Below, one piece after another: positions 1 to 16,224 of a stretch of DNA of 64,000 nt; position 1 is the stretch's first letter; the number at the start of each line of letters is the position of its first letter. The DNA lies in NCBI RefSeq assembly GCF_963853765.1, contig NC_088862.1:20956001-21020000 (forward strand), given 5' to 3'. A model generated the notes under the pieces. The model had not been told where the DNA came from. It did no database searches and saw nothing but the letters and a program-made list of their open reading frames with translations. The stretch comes from Magallana gigas (Eukaryota). The translations under genes were made by a program, and so were the position numbers.

Positions 1-650
1 AGAACTGAGTTCATCTAACATTCATAGCGCCCGAGTAATATAACAATCGAAGTTGACTCTCCCCTCCCCCCGCCCCAATACATGTCAGGTGTCGCGTCGT
101 TTCATCATTGTATCCCGAATTACAGTCGATATATTTCCCGAAAGATAAATATTATGCCATAACGGGTCCATTTTCTGGCGTTTATGATGTTTTATTCATT
201 CAATTACAAAATTATTATTGACCACACGGCAAGGCTCTGTGCGTTAACTCCTTCTACATCTATTGATCATTGGAAATATAACCCATCATTAATTAAGTGA
301 GAGAGAAAAACTATGGAAAAGACACTCTGACAGACTTGTGAAATGTATAACGTTTCAATGTTTTGAAATACCGTAACTACCTGAAGTTGACATGGCCACT
401 TTAACATTTATTTATGGATATCGTAAATTTTTTTTATTGAACCCTGTCTCATTAAACCAATTTAATTAAACTAACTCTCGATCATGTCGAATTCATAAAA
501 TATTTTGTTGAGGGTGTGGGTTGACTTATCGATCAATTTATACTTAGACCAAATTAATGAAGAATTTAATCTTTATGAATTTATTTTTCATATTTCAGTG
601 AATTCTCATAAAATACTTGCTATTTTTATTGGTCCGTCAAGCACAAATAT

Positions 651-651
<1 letters not shown>

Positions 652-708
<57 letters not shown>

Positions 709-783
709 GTACTTTTTTCTCAATATTCAGCAAATTAGACACAATGCTGTAAAATTATAATCGTTGTGACATATACATGTATT

Positions 784-829
<46 letters not shown>
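652..829. repeat. (CT)n (652-704) and (GA)n (789-829) microsatellites
   Basis: Seen directly; they generate the SLSL/ERER ORFs in the track. Confidence 0.95.
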
Positions 830-831
<2 letters not shown>

Positions 832-844
832 CATGGACACTTAC

Positions 845-901
845 CAGGAGTTGGGGGTGAGAGAGGATCGCCAGTAAGACATAAACACACACATTTTCCA
901 T
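845..901 (-). CDS. Probable first coding exon of a gene running off the left edge (signal-peptide-like start)
   Basis: ATG at 901 reads MENVCVYVLLAILSHPQLL, followed directly by a strong donor CTG|GTAAGT (844). No downstream exon identified in the window. Confidence 0.4.
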
Positions 902-3479
902 TCTATGAGGATTTCCTTCTAGTTCGCTGTATTCTCGTAGGACAAACCATTTCCACGACAGTCACCCATTGCTCCAAAAAACACATTCACACTCGATGCA
1001 CTGGTTCCGGTTAAGAAATGGAGAGAGAAAAAACACCACAACACCAGTACGCTCCAAGTTAAAAAAAAAAGGAATTACTGAATAAAAAAAAAAATAATGA
1101 TTTTAAAATTATAGAACTTGGTGTAAATCCCGCTGTCTCATTGATCACGAATAACGAACAAATGGATTTTTTGTAACGGCCTTGGAAGTAAGGATCCGAT
1201 ATATAGCAAAATGGGGGGTTTGCAAAGATAGGTATGAGTGGACCGTCTTCTAGGGTCCCATTTCTGCGTCCATCCGTACAGGGGGGAGCTCGATCCAAAA
1301 CCTAGTCACGTTAAACTACCCGGGGTGTCCTCTATGTACATAGCACTGTGCCGGAATAGGGCTTAATAAAATTCACTGCACGGAGAAATCAATAAAATTA
1401 AATGTACTTTCAATACCAATTTTTTAAAAAAATACCCGCGTGTCGGCGCATGTTTAAAATCTCAACGTTAAAGAGGCGAGCTGTGTGGCTTTCCTGTGTG
1501 AGGATTATATATATTTACAGACGCGATATTAAACTTTGTATAAGGGCCGGACTTTCTTTCTTTCTTCTTTCTTTTAAATGGCACGATTTTGGGATATAAA
1601 TCTCTCCAAGCCACTAACGTTTCATTATTTCTTGAATTTGGCAATTGCTTATTTATTTTCTTTCAGTTAACACCACCATATCTTAAACCTTGGTAAAGGT
1701 AGATATACTCGAAGATAGATATACAATAAAGAAGAAAAATATATCTGAGAATTAAATTAGGTGCACAAAAAATCGTATTACAAACATACTGGACAATCGA
1801 TGCACTGTAGATCTCCTTCTTATGTGGGCTTGGTTGTCGTGGTAATTTTTAGATTTAAATTAATTAAATTTTAAAACTCTCATTAAAAAGGAGAGTTTTC
1901 TAAAAAAAATACCGTAAAGCTAAATTATTAAGATTTATTTCTTCAGTAAATAATGATTATTGCTAAGAAAAACCTTTTTTTTTTAATTTTTAAGGCAATT
2001 AAATCTGATGGCTGATTTGTTGATAGCCTCCTTCAGTGATTTATCTTTTATTTGTTCTTTGTAGAAGTGTATAATTAGTTTTCTATTTTAGAGATATACC
2101 GACATCTCTTTCAGTTAGATAAATTTCTTTAAAATTCGCATGACATCTCGTTTCGATGATTAAAAAGTTAAAGGGCTTGACGTTTATACCATGTAAGTTT
2201 TTATGCATACGTCATTCCATTAAAAGTGCACGTGGATCTAATAACAGCTGCACGTGTTTTGATTAAAGATAAACAACAGTGATTTAATTGTACATATTAG
2301 TATTTAAAAATATGAAATAGAAGCCAAATCTATAGAACGGACGCTATATAGAGTTGTTTTGGTTTTGTTTAAGGTTGTTCTTGTTTTTCGTTTTTATTTT
2401 GTTTTTTTTAGTGTAATTTATAGTATAGATGTGTATCAACCACAATTATGAAAAAATGCTATATATATTTTACGTCATTATAACTGCCTTCCTCCCTGTC
2501 CCATTTTTTATTATTGCAGTTTCATGAACGCGATAGCGGATTATATATTTTTTTCTGCAATGATCGCAAGTACAAAGAAAATGATGATTAGAAAACAATA
2601 TATGAATGTTCTTACTTGTTAAATAACATCATTAGTACACAGTAGAAAGTACATTAAGTTGTACTTAAATAAAGTTAACTACAAGTACAAGCATAGGTGC
2701 CTGAAACCGGCAAAAAAAAAAAAAAAAAATGCGCCAAGAGCGATAACTGCTATCCTCAATTTGATACGATCTAATACCAGAAAGGTGGGGCTGTCATACA
2801 TTACGTGGTTCTTTGGTTTTCAAGGACCCCCCCCCCCCCCCCCCCAGTTTCAGTTGTCCGGAATATTTATACTATGGATTGGAGGGATGAGATTTCCCTT
2901 TCGTTTATCATGGAAAAATAGTTTTCTCTATACATCAAAATGGATATTGTTCAGCCTCAAATTCATTCATTGAAATTTACCCAGCCGTTCGCAATTTTTT
3001 ACCTCCTTCCTCCAATGTTTAAGTGGTGGGAGTTTCATAGGAGTATGCACGAGGTTTGTACTGCGCTTTCACGGTATGATATGGATACATGGCGATGTAT
3101 ATAGTTCGTATGTACACTGACTCTTGAGTTTTTTTTTCTCGCCGGGTGAAGGAAATCCGTCGTGATGTATCGATCGACAGAACGGATAAGAAATGTACTT
3201 TGTTTCTTCAAACCAACCGGTCTTATTTATAATAGTAAAATTTGCAGAAAGTTAATTTTTGTTTTTATGTTTATTCTTGCATTTGCATCGATAAATTAGA
3301 TCCGATTAAAAAAAAATCCAAGGCATTCTTTCAAATTAAGGTAAATTCAGAACAATAAGAAATGTTATTTCTTATTGCTATGAATTTAAGCCTATCTTAC
3401 TTAGTGATGTCAAGATCATACGGAATGTCAAGTTAGGAAAACATGAAGCAGATTTATTTCTCTGAATGCAAAATACATC

Positions 3480-3940
3480 CACAAAAGAAACATCGACAAA
3501 GAAAATGAACGTAAACTGCAAATGTTTTGGAATTTTGTTTAAGTCCAAGGGACATAACTGTCTCGAAAATTGCACGATCGTACCGAAAATCGAACTTGAC
3601 CTAGATATTATTAATGTTATCTGTATAACAAATTTCATTTCAGTATGTGCAACTTCTGCAAATAAAATGAACGGAAACTGCAAATAAATAGAATTTTTCT
3701 AAAGTTCAAGGGGCGTACAATGTAATTCTGTCTAAAATTGCTCGATCGTACCAAAAATCACACTTGACCTAGATATTATGATAAATCATTATACTAAATT
3801 TCATTTCAATACATGCAACCTCTGCGAAGAAAATGAACGGAAACTGCAAATACTAGGAATTTTTATAAGTCCAAGGGGCATAATTCTGTCGAAAATTGCA
3901 CGATCGTACCCAAAATCGAACTTGACCTACATATTATGGA
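3480..3940 (+). repeat. About 3 tandem units (~160-165 bp) of a Cg170-like oyster satellite / Helentron-associated repeat
   Basis: Unit AAGTCCAAGGG...GATCGTACC-AAAATCGAACTTGACCTAGATATT...GAAAATGAACGGAAACTGCAAA recurs at about 3541, 3702 and 3867. Family name is from recall. Confidence 0.75.
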
Positions 3941-4995
3941 AAAAAGATCTAAGAAAATAACCAAATTTTTAAAGCAAGTTGACAACCTAGCCTCCTTAAT
4001 ACACGTACTGTCTTTGTCCCGTTCCATCCACATATCCGGTTTTCCTTTTTTGTCAACAAAGAAAGAAATAACAAAGCTATAGACGAACTGTTTTTATTTT
4101 ATGTGCATTACCTGTCTATTCACAAATGATAAATATATATAAACATGGTACGTATTTAAGAAGAAAGCTCTCATCTCAGGACAATTTCATGTTAATATTA
4201 TGACCATTAAATTTCATAATCTGGATTTACAAGACACAAAAGAAAACAAGTTTAAAATAGAAACCATGAGTTTTATCAGTGACATAGGTATGTGTGACAT
4301 GCCGTCTTACAGTACGACATATAAACACAGGACGATTAGAGATTTAGAAGCAGTGCTAAAATATAACCCCCATAAGTTGCTCTGTAACAACATCGTCCTT
4401 GCTTTGCCACCTATATCTCTTCTCTTACCACTTCCAACTGAAGGGACACAACTAAAAACTGGCGTCTAACAGCTATCCGAGTGAGAATTTGTTGGAATGT
4501 TTTATTATTTCCTTTCGATCAAAACTAAACAAGAGAGTCGAGAAGTAGTTCTGCTTTTTAAAGCTATATCGCATCAGAAGCACAAAGTATCAAAGACCTG
4601 CCCCAGATTTAGTCACCGTCATTTTGTAAAATGTCCAACATAGCACATTTTTCTACTTGCACTACATGGTACATTCTTTGGTGGCAGGTAAAAACATTCT
4701 TTAATGACAAACCTGGGACTACAATCAATAATAACTAAAAAAAAAAATGAACTTTTGATGAATGTGAATGAAATAAATCTCATATTGCCTAACATACAGG
4801 GCAAAAATACATTCGACGTAATTGCCCTAAGATACACAGGGCAATAAGAAAAAGATAATCACATGGATGTTAATTCAAATATTAACATGTAGCACGGAGT
4901 TAAATCAATAGTAGCACAGTAGAAAAGAAAATATAACTTGCAGATTAAAAAAGATACCATATACTGATGCATTTACCTATTTCCTTGGTAAACAA

Positions 4996-5010
4996 AAGCC
5001 TTTATTAGAC
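4996..5010 (-). terminator. Candidate ARF poly(A) signal
   Basis: AATAAA on the minus strand at 5001-5006, about 385 nt after the stop. Other candidate hexamers exist nearby. Confidence 0.4.
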
Positions 5011-5388
5011 AAAAAAAAAAAATTTGAAGAATAATTTTGTTAATATATTCATTTTTTCGAACACCCACACATGTAAAAAAAAAAAAAAATTCATACTAAA
5101 CATCAAAAAAAAAAAAGTCCATACTTTAATAGATATATTACCACATCGTATCAGGAAGATGTCAGTCCGCTTACTCTGTCCGTCGATAATGGAGAAATAA
5201 AACACGTAAACACAAGAGTCAGGCTCGGGCTGTCTGTACAATATTACACTAAAACAAGGCCAGAGAAGTCCTCGTTACAATAAATATCTTCTCCATTACC
5301 GTGGACGCATTACACACCCTCCACGTATACAGTTTGTTTTTGTTTGTTAATTATCTCCCCCTTCTGTGTGATCTAGTCGGCGCTGTTA

Positions 5389-8998
<3,610 letters not shown>

Positions 8999-10639
8999 TC
9001 AGAAGCAAGTAATTTAAGAAAACAAATCCTGTAGAAAAAACAAAGAAAAAAGTCTTTAGGTTGAAACTGAAAACTGAAATTTCTCTTGATTTATTTAAAT
9101 GTTGAAAATAAATACACGCAGAGGGAAGAAATACGCTTCTTAGCTTTATTGAATATATAGCTGTTATAAAGAAATGATGAAAAAAAAATTGGGTTTTATT
9201 TTAATCAAGACATGACCTCACGAAAAGGACTAAGTGCGGTTTTATGCAATTTTTGCCCCCCAAAATCAAAGTTTTAGAAAGAGCTTTAAAATAAGGTGAA
9301 AGATAGTTAAAATCATATTGGAAATAAAGGTGTAAAAGGTTATCACCACAGTGACGTCATAATGTAGAAATGACGTCATGAATATTGCATTATTTTGATA
9401 AATTGATGTTTTGTAGCAAAATATGGGTGTTTTCCGATGGTTATTCGACTGGGAAACATCGAGCGCAGGCTTGCTCAAGTACCATTTTTTAGTATAATAT
9501 GTATAACTATCTGAAGAAAAACATATGTTAAAATCGCACTGACCTGCCCTCTATACTTCCGAATGCAAAATATAGAGCAAAAATGAGAATATCTTCATTT
9601 GTTTGCAAATTTGCGGGAATTAGGTCATTTAGGTGACGTCATAGATAAACAGGGAGTGAGCAATGATGACTAAAATCATTATTAAAGTTATAGGCATCCT
9701 CTTTACAATGATTTGTGAAGATTTCATTTTTATACGATACTATTTAAAAATTGGTTGAAATCGGGGGCAGATATTTGACCATACCGCACATAGTCCTTTG
9801 TGCTATTTGCCCATGTCACTAAATTCACATGTAACATTCGATTTTCCACCTAAATAGGTTTACCCACATCCTAGCATTTAGAGGGCTTGTTTACTAGACA
9901 ACAACCTCGAATCATGAAAAAGGTAGTCTGCTGTCATATGACAATGAAACACCTATCAAATTGACCATTCCAACATGTAATAGAAAGTTTATTAGTCCCC
10001 CCAACAGCAACTTATCATTTCCCTACTACAAGTACAGCCATTGCTATCCGAAGGGGCAATATAAAACATACAAAACTTGCTATTGTCCTCAGAACCAGTA
10101 ATTAGGAATATACCAAGTTTAAGGTATGAGTAATTCATAATCGTGAATAGGGGAAATTTCCCTGTGTTGGTTATATGTCACGATTTGACCACAAGTTTTT
10201 CACAGTATCAGATGTACATGTCCTTTGTAACATGGTGTGTGACATAGACCAACCCTCATTATTCCACTGTAGAACAATGGTCTGAAGATTATAGATGAAA
10301 TTCAGAAAATCAAATTTGTTTTAACTACACCACGTAAAAATCTTGCATGTATGATAAATATATATAAAAACTTTGTTTTAAACGACATCCTCTTCTTTTA
10401 CTTCCGAGAGATTGCGGAATTGTCTAATAAAAATTGTCGCTATCTTGCATCGCAAATCGTATTTCCATGTTCAGCATTGATTTTCAATAAAATAAACGTA
10501 TTTTATCTATTAACAAAATGACAGAAGCTTAAAACGTAAAATTACAGCGATGGAAGCTCCAAATTTCTTTAAATTAAGTCTGTAGACCAAGAAACTCACC
10601 AATAGGTCACACCGTCTATTGTCAATACTTGTCGAGTCT

Positions 10640-10835
10640 TAACCGGAAGTATAAAGTTTTTCATTAAATCACCCCATATAAAACCATTTTTTCCAAAGTT
10701 TTTCAGCACTTATAACCTTCTACTCACCTCCTTTTCGTTCTCGCTTCTCTGAAGCCTTATACAGCGAGCGTATGCTTTAAAAATTATGAAATACTCGCTT
10801 GCCTGTTTATCGGGACGAGTCAAAATGGCGGACGT
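10640..10835 (-). promoter_or_regulatory. ARF promoter / non-coding first exon
   Basis: Minus-strand donor AG|GTGAGT at 10728/10727 can splice to the acceptor at 9028, just upstream of the ATG. YY1-like CAAAATGGCGG at 10821 and ETS-like CCGGAAGT at about 10643. Confidence 0.6.
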
Positions 10836-11574
10836 GGAACAGTAATCGTTGCACATGCCACGTCAATGACCCGCAATTGGGATAGAACTATTGAGAAAAT
10901 ATCCTATCCCCGGGGAGACTTCATTATTTTAAACTGCTCTCATGAGTTTGGTGTGTGTAAGAAGAAAAATAGATTAATCATATTAAAGAAAGAAAATGTT
11001 TTTATTTATTTTCCCTTTTGGATACCAAAAAGTACACTAATTTTGTTGGATTGAGAAAATCGAGGGACGTGTTCATAATTCGATTGGCGCCAAATTTGAA
11101 AATTACATTTTACAATATTGCCAATACAGATTTATGTATAGGCTTTTTCTTTATTCCGAGTTTATCACATGTTACAGTCTCAATTTCTTTATGACATAGA
11201 AAATACACAACACCTGTGAAATAAATGCAAATCAAAATCATATAAAGGGGAATCTAAGATCTCTTTATTGACGGTCCTAATATGTTAATTATATCCGGGG
11301 GAATTGGTTACATGGAGAGGAGACTGACATATTGCGCTTTGTTTTTATTTGTTTGTTCCTGTTCTTTTTTTGTTTTTAATAACCCCACCAATTTTCACAA
11401 TTTAATTAATACATCTATAGGTATTTTTCTAGCATTCTCATACACTTCCAATAACACCCTTTCACATTACATTTTTTTCAATGCAAGAAAAAAAGGAAAA
11501 AAAAAAAAAAAATAGAAAAAGAAAAAACTAATAGATCAGTTGTTTACAATGTTCAAAATTATATCTGAATTACC

Positions 11575-12600
11575 TTTTTTTAAATTTCCCCAGAGTTTGT
11601 TAAATTTCATCATCTTGCAAGTCGATTTGATTGCTACTGTATATATTTATCTTTTAAGGCTTTTATTTGAGTAAAAGATGTTACAACAACTCAGCATTGA
11701 ATGTCAGGCTTTTTGTTTTCTTTTGAAAAATTAAGAATGCATTGCTTGGAGTTCATATAACTATAAATTAACAAATTTGTTACAACCACTAAATGGCATT
11801 TCACCAAACAATATATTATTGACATTAAAGCCTCCTGTATTTGAAGTTTTTCCCCCTGTAATTATGCATACTAAGATTATTCCATATATAGAGGTAGTAT
11901 TTCTGAGTATATCATAAATACGTATATACATGCTGAATTGATTCCACATTTTCTTTACAAAAAAACAAAACACACACATCATATGAAATAAAACTAATTT
12001 TCTCTAAGTAATAATTTGTAGGAAGAATTTTATAAAGAGTTCTGTTGTGTAGCCATTGTATTGAAGTATCAGTAGTTGTCTTAAAACAAACTTTGAATTT
12101 TTTTTTGACAGAATCATTTACATCCAAGTGAAGTGATAGTTCAGTTTTCCATTGTTGAATTGCCTTGGGAGCAATAATTTTATCTTTACTATCAATGAGT
12201 TGATACAAAACTTTGGAAATTTTTTCATTCAACAATATAAATTTAAAGTAAAAATAAAATGAATGGTGAATAGTCTTTTCTCAAATCTATCAACTGACAT
12301 GATTTTGAAAAACTTACATATAATTCTTCTTTCTTGCATTGTACAATCATCTGTCAAGCTTTATACATGTATTTTTTTTCTCAAAACATATGCATGTGAT
12401 AAAAACGTTTCCATCTTTATTAAAAAAGTCACTTATTATTTTTGCACCATGTTCATACCATATTTTGACATATTTTGGTTTATTACCAACTCATATATTT
12501 ATATTGTATTGTACAAAACTGGCATAAAAAAACAACTTTTGCTTAGATAATATGTAATCCAAAGCGTGAAACATTAGTAAATGTAATTGAAATACATCTT
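11575..12600 (-). mobile_element. Degenerate 3' fragment of an L1/Tx1-type LINE ORF2
   Basis: Frameshifted translation gives VLYNxxIxxGNKPxYxKIWYEHGAKIISDFFNKDG, then FKTTTDTSIQWLHNRTLYKILPTNYYLEKI...C..FC...ESIQH (zf-RVT-like Cys/His motif) and NNILFG. Confidence 0.8.
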
Positions 12601-13065
12601 TTCAGAAACCATTAAGTACTATGTTTTATAATTCTATTCATGTATTTGTCACCAAAATCAAGTTATCATAACCTCATTGCCAGGATTGCCAAAAAAAAAA
12701 TAATAAATAAATAAAAAATAAAAACCAATGACACAGGGGTGGGGGGTTCGAGGCATATATTCGGTAATTTAATTACGTGCATTTAAAAAAGAATTTTCTA
12801 GAAGGTTGGGCTTGGGGTCCGAATTTTGACCCCCTTTCAGACCCTCTCTAGATCTGCACATGCTAAATTCATATACTAAATGTATATGTATTATAGCACA
12901 TTGTCTACCATTCTGAGTATAATGTAATTAAATAATTAAAATCATTGTTAAAACATTCATGTTATTTTTTTTTTCAAACTTGAATTTGTCAAATTTGTTA
13001 TTCTGTTGATAAAAGTCACATCATAAGCTGTATTCCCTTTATTATTAATAGCTAATTTGTATTTG

Positions 13066-13220
13066 CACAGGATGCCATTCTGTCATACATGACGTATGAA
13101 AAGTGACTGAAATGTAACTGATCATGAAAAGTTACTGAATGGCATATTTTGTCATTCAGTCACCTTTCCAGACCATTCAGTTATCATTTAGTTGACTGAA
13201 TGGAAAAGCTTCATCCGGTG
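13066..13220. mobile_element. Small CACTA/EnSpm-like MITE
   Basis: Termini CACAGGATG ... CATCCGGTG, 3-bp TSD TTG on both sides, repeated subterminal ACTGAATG/CATTCAGT motifs. Confidence 0.55.
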
Positions 13221-15764
13221 TTGTAACTACTTTAGGGGAAGAAACCCAGTGTTGCTCTAGGGTAGGTTTATTTTCCTGAAATTATTTAACAATTAATATA
13301 TGCTTAAGTTTCTTAATGTATACCACGGATATTTTGATGATTATTTTCTTGTTATAATTTGCATGATAAAATACTACTGTCTGCTAATCATATTTGTTTT
13401 CATCTAACACATTTCCATGTTTTGAATTTTCTTTTGTGTGTCTTCCCTTCCCCCCCCCCCCCCCCCCCCCAATATCTATTTCGTGCAATTCCTTTAATGT
13501 TGCAATATTATATTATGAACTTATTTTATTATGTACCTATTACATGTATATACTATTATGCTTGTATAAATTAAATGTGATTGATATATATCAGTTGTAA
13601 TTTTGATCCTTGGGGAGAGGACTTACATATAGGCACTGCCTGATGTCCATTACTTTTATGACAGTTATGTATTCATTTGCATTATTAAATATTTCTTTTA
13701 ATCTTTAGATATATTATTTTCACAGGTTTGTATATAAATACATAGAGCTTCAATATTAACAAAAAGGTTATGAATGAATGAATGGATGGATGAACAAATG
13801 AATGAACTGCCCTATTTTTGCCGGAAATATTTAAACCGATCATATGGGTTCAGACATTTACGATACAGGTAATCGTTTGAAATATACCGCACAAAAGGTA
13901 AATATTTTACCTATGAGGTAGATCGAGGTCGACGTGTGGGATAGAGACAACAAAAACAAGAAATAGTCGCACAAAAGGATTAACTCAAAAGTCAAAAGAT
14001 GAACAACACTTAGATAAGGTAAGTTAATTAAACGAATTATTGCGATTATCTCAGTTTATTCCTACGTTAGCCATATGTCGCTTGTCGTGTGGACTTGATA
14101 AAAAAAACACCATTCGGGACAAAATAAAACTAGGTCATTCCCCCGTACTTGGTTTGTACAGAGCTAGGAGTGATAGCAATAACCGGAGACACATCTATGA
14201 TGTAGATGTTAATCTTATACCATCGATTCATTGAAATTTTTCAAATATTTCCTACACATCAACGGTCTGTTCCATTTAGTTGGCGGATCTCGATTTTGCG
14301 TTGTGTTGGAATGTCAGGTATGTTTACAAGGTGTCATAATTAATGATTCATGATATGGCTCGGTTTACCTGCATTGGGCTAACTAAAGTCGGGATAACAC
14401 ACGTTTAATGCCGTTAATTTTCATACACACACGTGTCACTGACATTCAATTAGTTGCTTTTACTTTTAGTGAAAAGAACAGTTTATAATAAGATAACTAG
14501 TTTACAATGTTCAAACTAAGGCATGTTGTTTTAGGATTGGCTTCGTAATGGATAATACACGTACATGTACATGTACGTCTTTGGTATACTATTGTTATTA
14601 CAACATATTGTAATCATTTATCGTACCGGTATTTACACTATTTAATGTCGACATAACTAAATGTGTACACAATATAAAGTTTTTAGTGCGATGATAAAAT
14701 GTTTCAAAAAGAAAAGAAAAATATATTAATTTAGTTTGATGCTGCTTCGTTTCTAAATCAACTCTTCTATAGCTAGCCAGCGGTCTGAATCCCCTTGTAT
14801 GTATTACCAGACGTACTCTATATATACATCCTGTTCGTTCTTAAACTCTGAAGCAACAAAATAAAGCTATCTAAAGCAGCACGAAGCACTATATCTTACC
14901 ACAGACAGAAGTATATTTTATTTATTTGTATTTAATATCAAAGTCATTCTGAGTCCTTATGAATGCATGTTTTTCACGAGGATACAAAATGTGTCATGTT
15001 GTAAATTGTGTATGGATCAGAGGATATTACATGCAATACTTCTTAAGGCATAGCATTGATCTAGAATCTGCTTCACATGACACAGCAGCATAAACTGGTA
15101 AACAAACCATGAAGATCTTTAGTCAGTTAATTGGTTGGTTACGAACATTTATCATGTGTGAGAAAATAAAAAATAAAAATAAAAGTTAACACGCTTCAGA
15201 TGGCCAATTTTTACTTCAATTATAATAACTTGTTGCTGGTTTTTTAAAATGACTACAAAATTATATTTTTAAATAAATGCCGCGGTATATCAATAGGTAC
15301 ATAAGTACATGTATCACATACTGTTATTGTATTCATGAATACATGAACGTGAAAATTGGATCGACTTGCTGATGGGTCAAACAGGTGATAATATAAATAA
15401 ATGTGTGTGTACATGTACTTAACATATATGTAACAGACAGGTCTGAGTATGTTTGTTGTGAGTGAACACTATATACAGACGGACCGGATAAACGGGTTGT
15501 TCGCCATCCTCCGGGGCCGTCATGCCCCCCAGATGTTCAGGATTAAAGACAAGAGTGATGGCCATAAATTTCAGTCGTTTTACAAATTAGACTAGGGAAT
15601 AATTTACCTTGACACAATTGCTGAAGGATAAGAACACAGGTCAATACAATTAATCAGAGTGTATATTGTATTGATCTATGGAAACATTGCCGTGTATATT
15701 TGTTATCTAAGTTTACAGGCATGTAGAAAAATATGTTATTCAATGTTCCGTTTTGTATTTTTTG

Positions 15765-15767
<3 letters not shown>

Positions 15768-15816
<49 letters not shown>
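15768..15816. repeat. (GA)n microsatellite
   Basis: Seen directly. Confidence 0.95.
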
Positions 15817-15817
<1 letters not shown>

Positions 15818-16224
15818 AATAACCAGAACGTCTATTAATAAATTTACATTTTGATTATCTCTAAAGCAAGCGGATTTTCTTCTTATTTTTATTATATCCA
15901 ATTCAATTTGTTTTTATACATTTAAGCCTTAATACTTAATTTTTGACGACACTCACATTTTAATGTGATACTAAAGTACACGCTTTTGTTTTCAGAAACA
16001 TTAGCACTTTATTTAGCACTGTAAAACTACGTGTAGCATTTCATCTCAATTTCTATCAAAACTTGAAAGCTGAAAAGCTATGGAATTATTAGAAACTGTT
16101 TAACATGTCTAATAAATATTAGGTACATTAAACAAGTGATTTTTTTTAATACAATGACTTCAGCATTGTTATGGAAATACTTCCAAAAAAAATAATTATT
16201 ATGATACATGATTTCAGCCTCGTT

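Noticed and set aside
505-1014. ORFs with SLSLSL/ERERER runs (also 27651, 32241, 32282, 47339)
   Set aside because: Translations of dinucleotide microsatellites.
3378-3960. Three ORFs of 60-101 aa
   Set aside because: They arise from the tandem satellite units.
9224-9799. Element with GGACTA-GTGCGGT inverted ends in the ARF first intron
   Set aside because: Probably a transposon, but the ends are ambiguous and no TSD is visible, so it was not called.
14311-15560. Upstream coding exons for the 470-aa gene (ATG TCA G|GT at 14317; exon from 15479)
   Set aside because: Splicing them gives a stop after about 24 codons and no donor of the right phase; they are more likely 5' UTR exons with a uORF.
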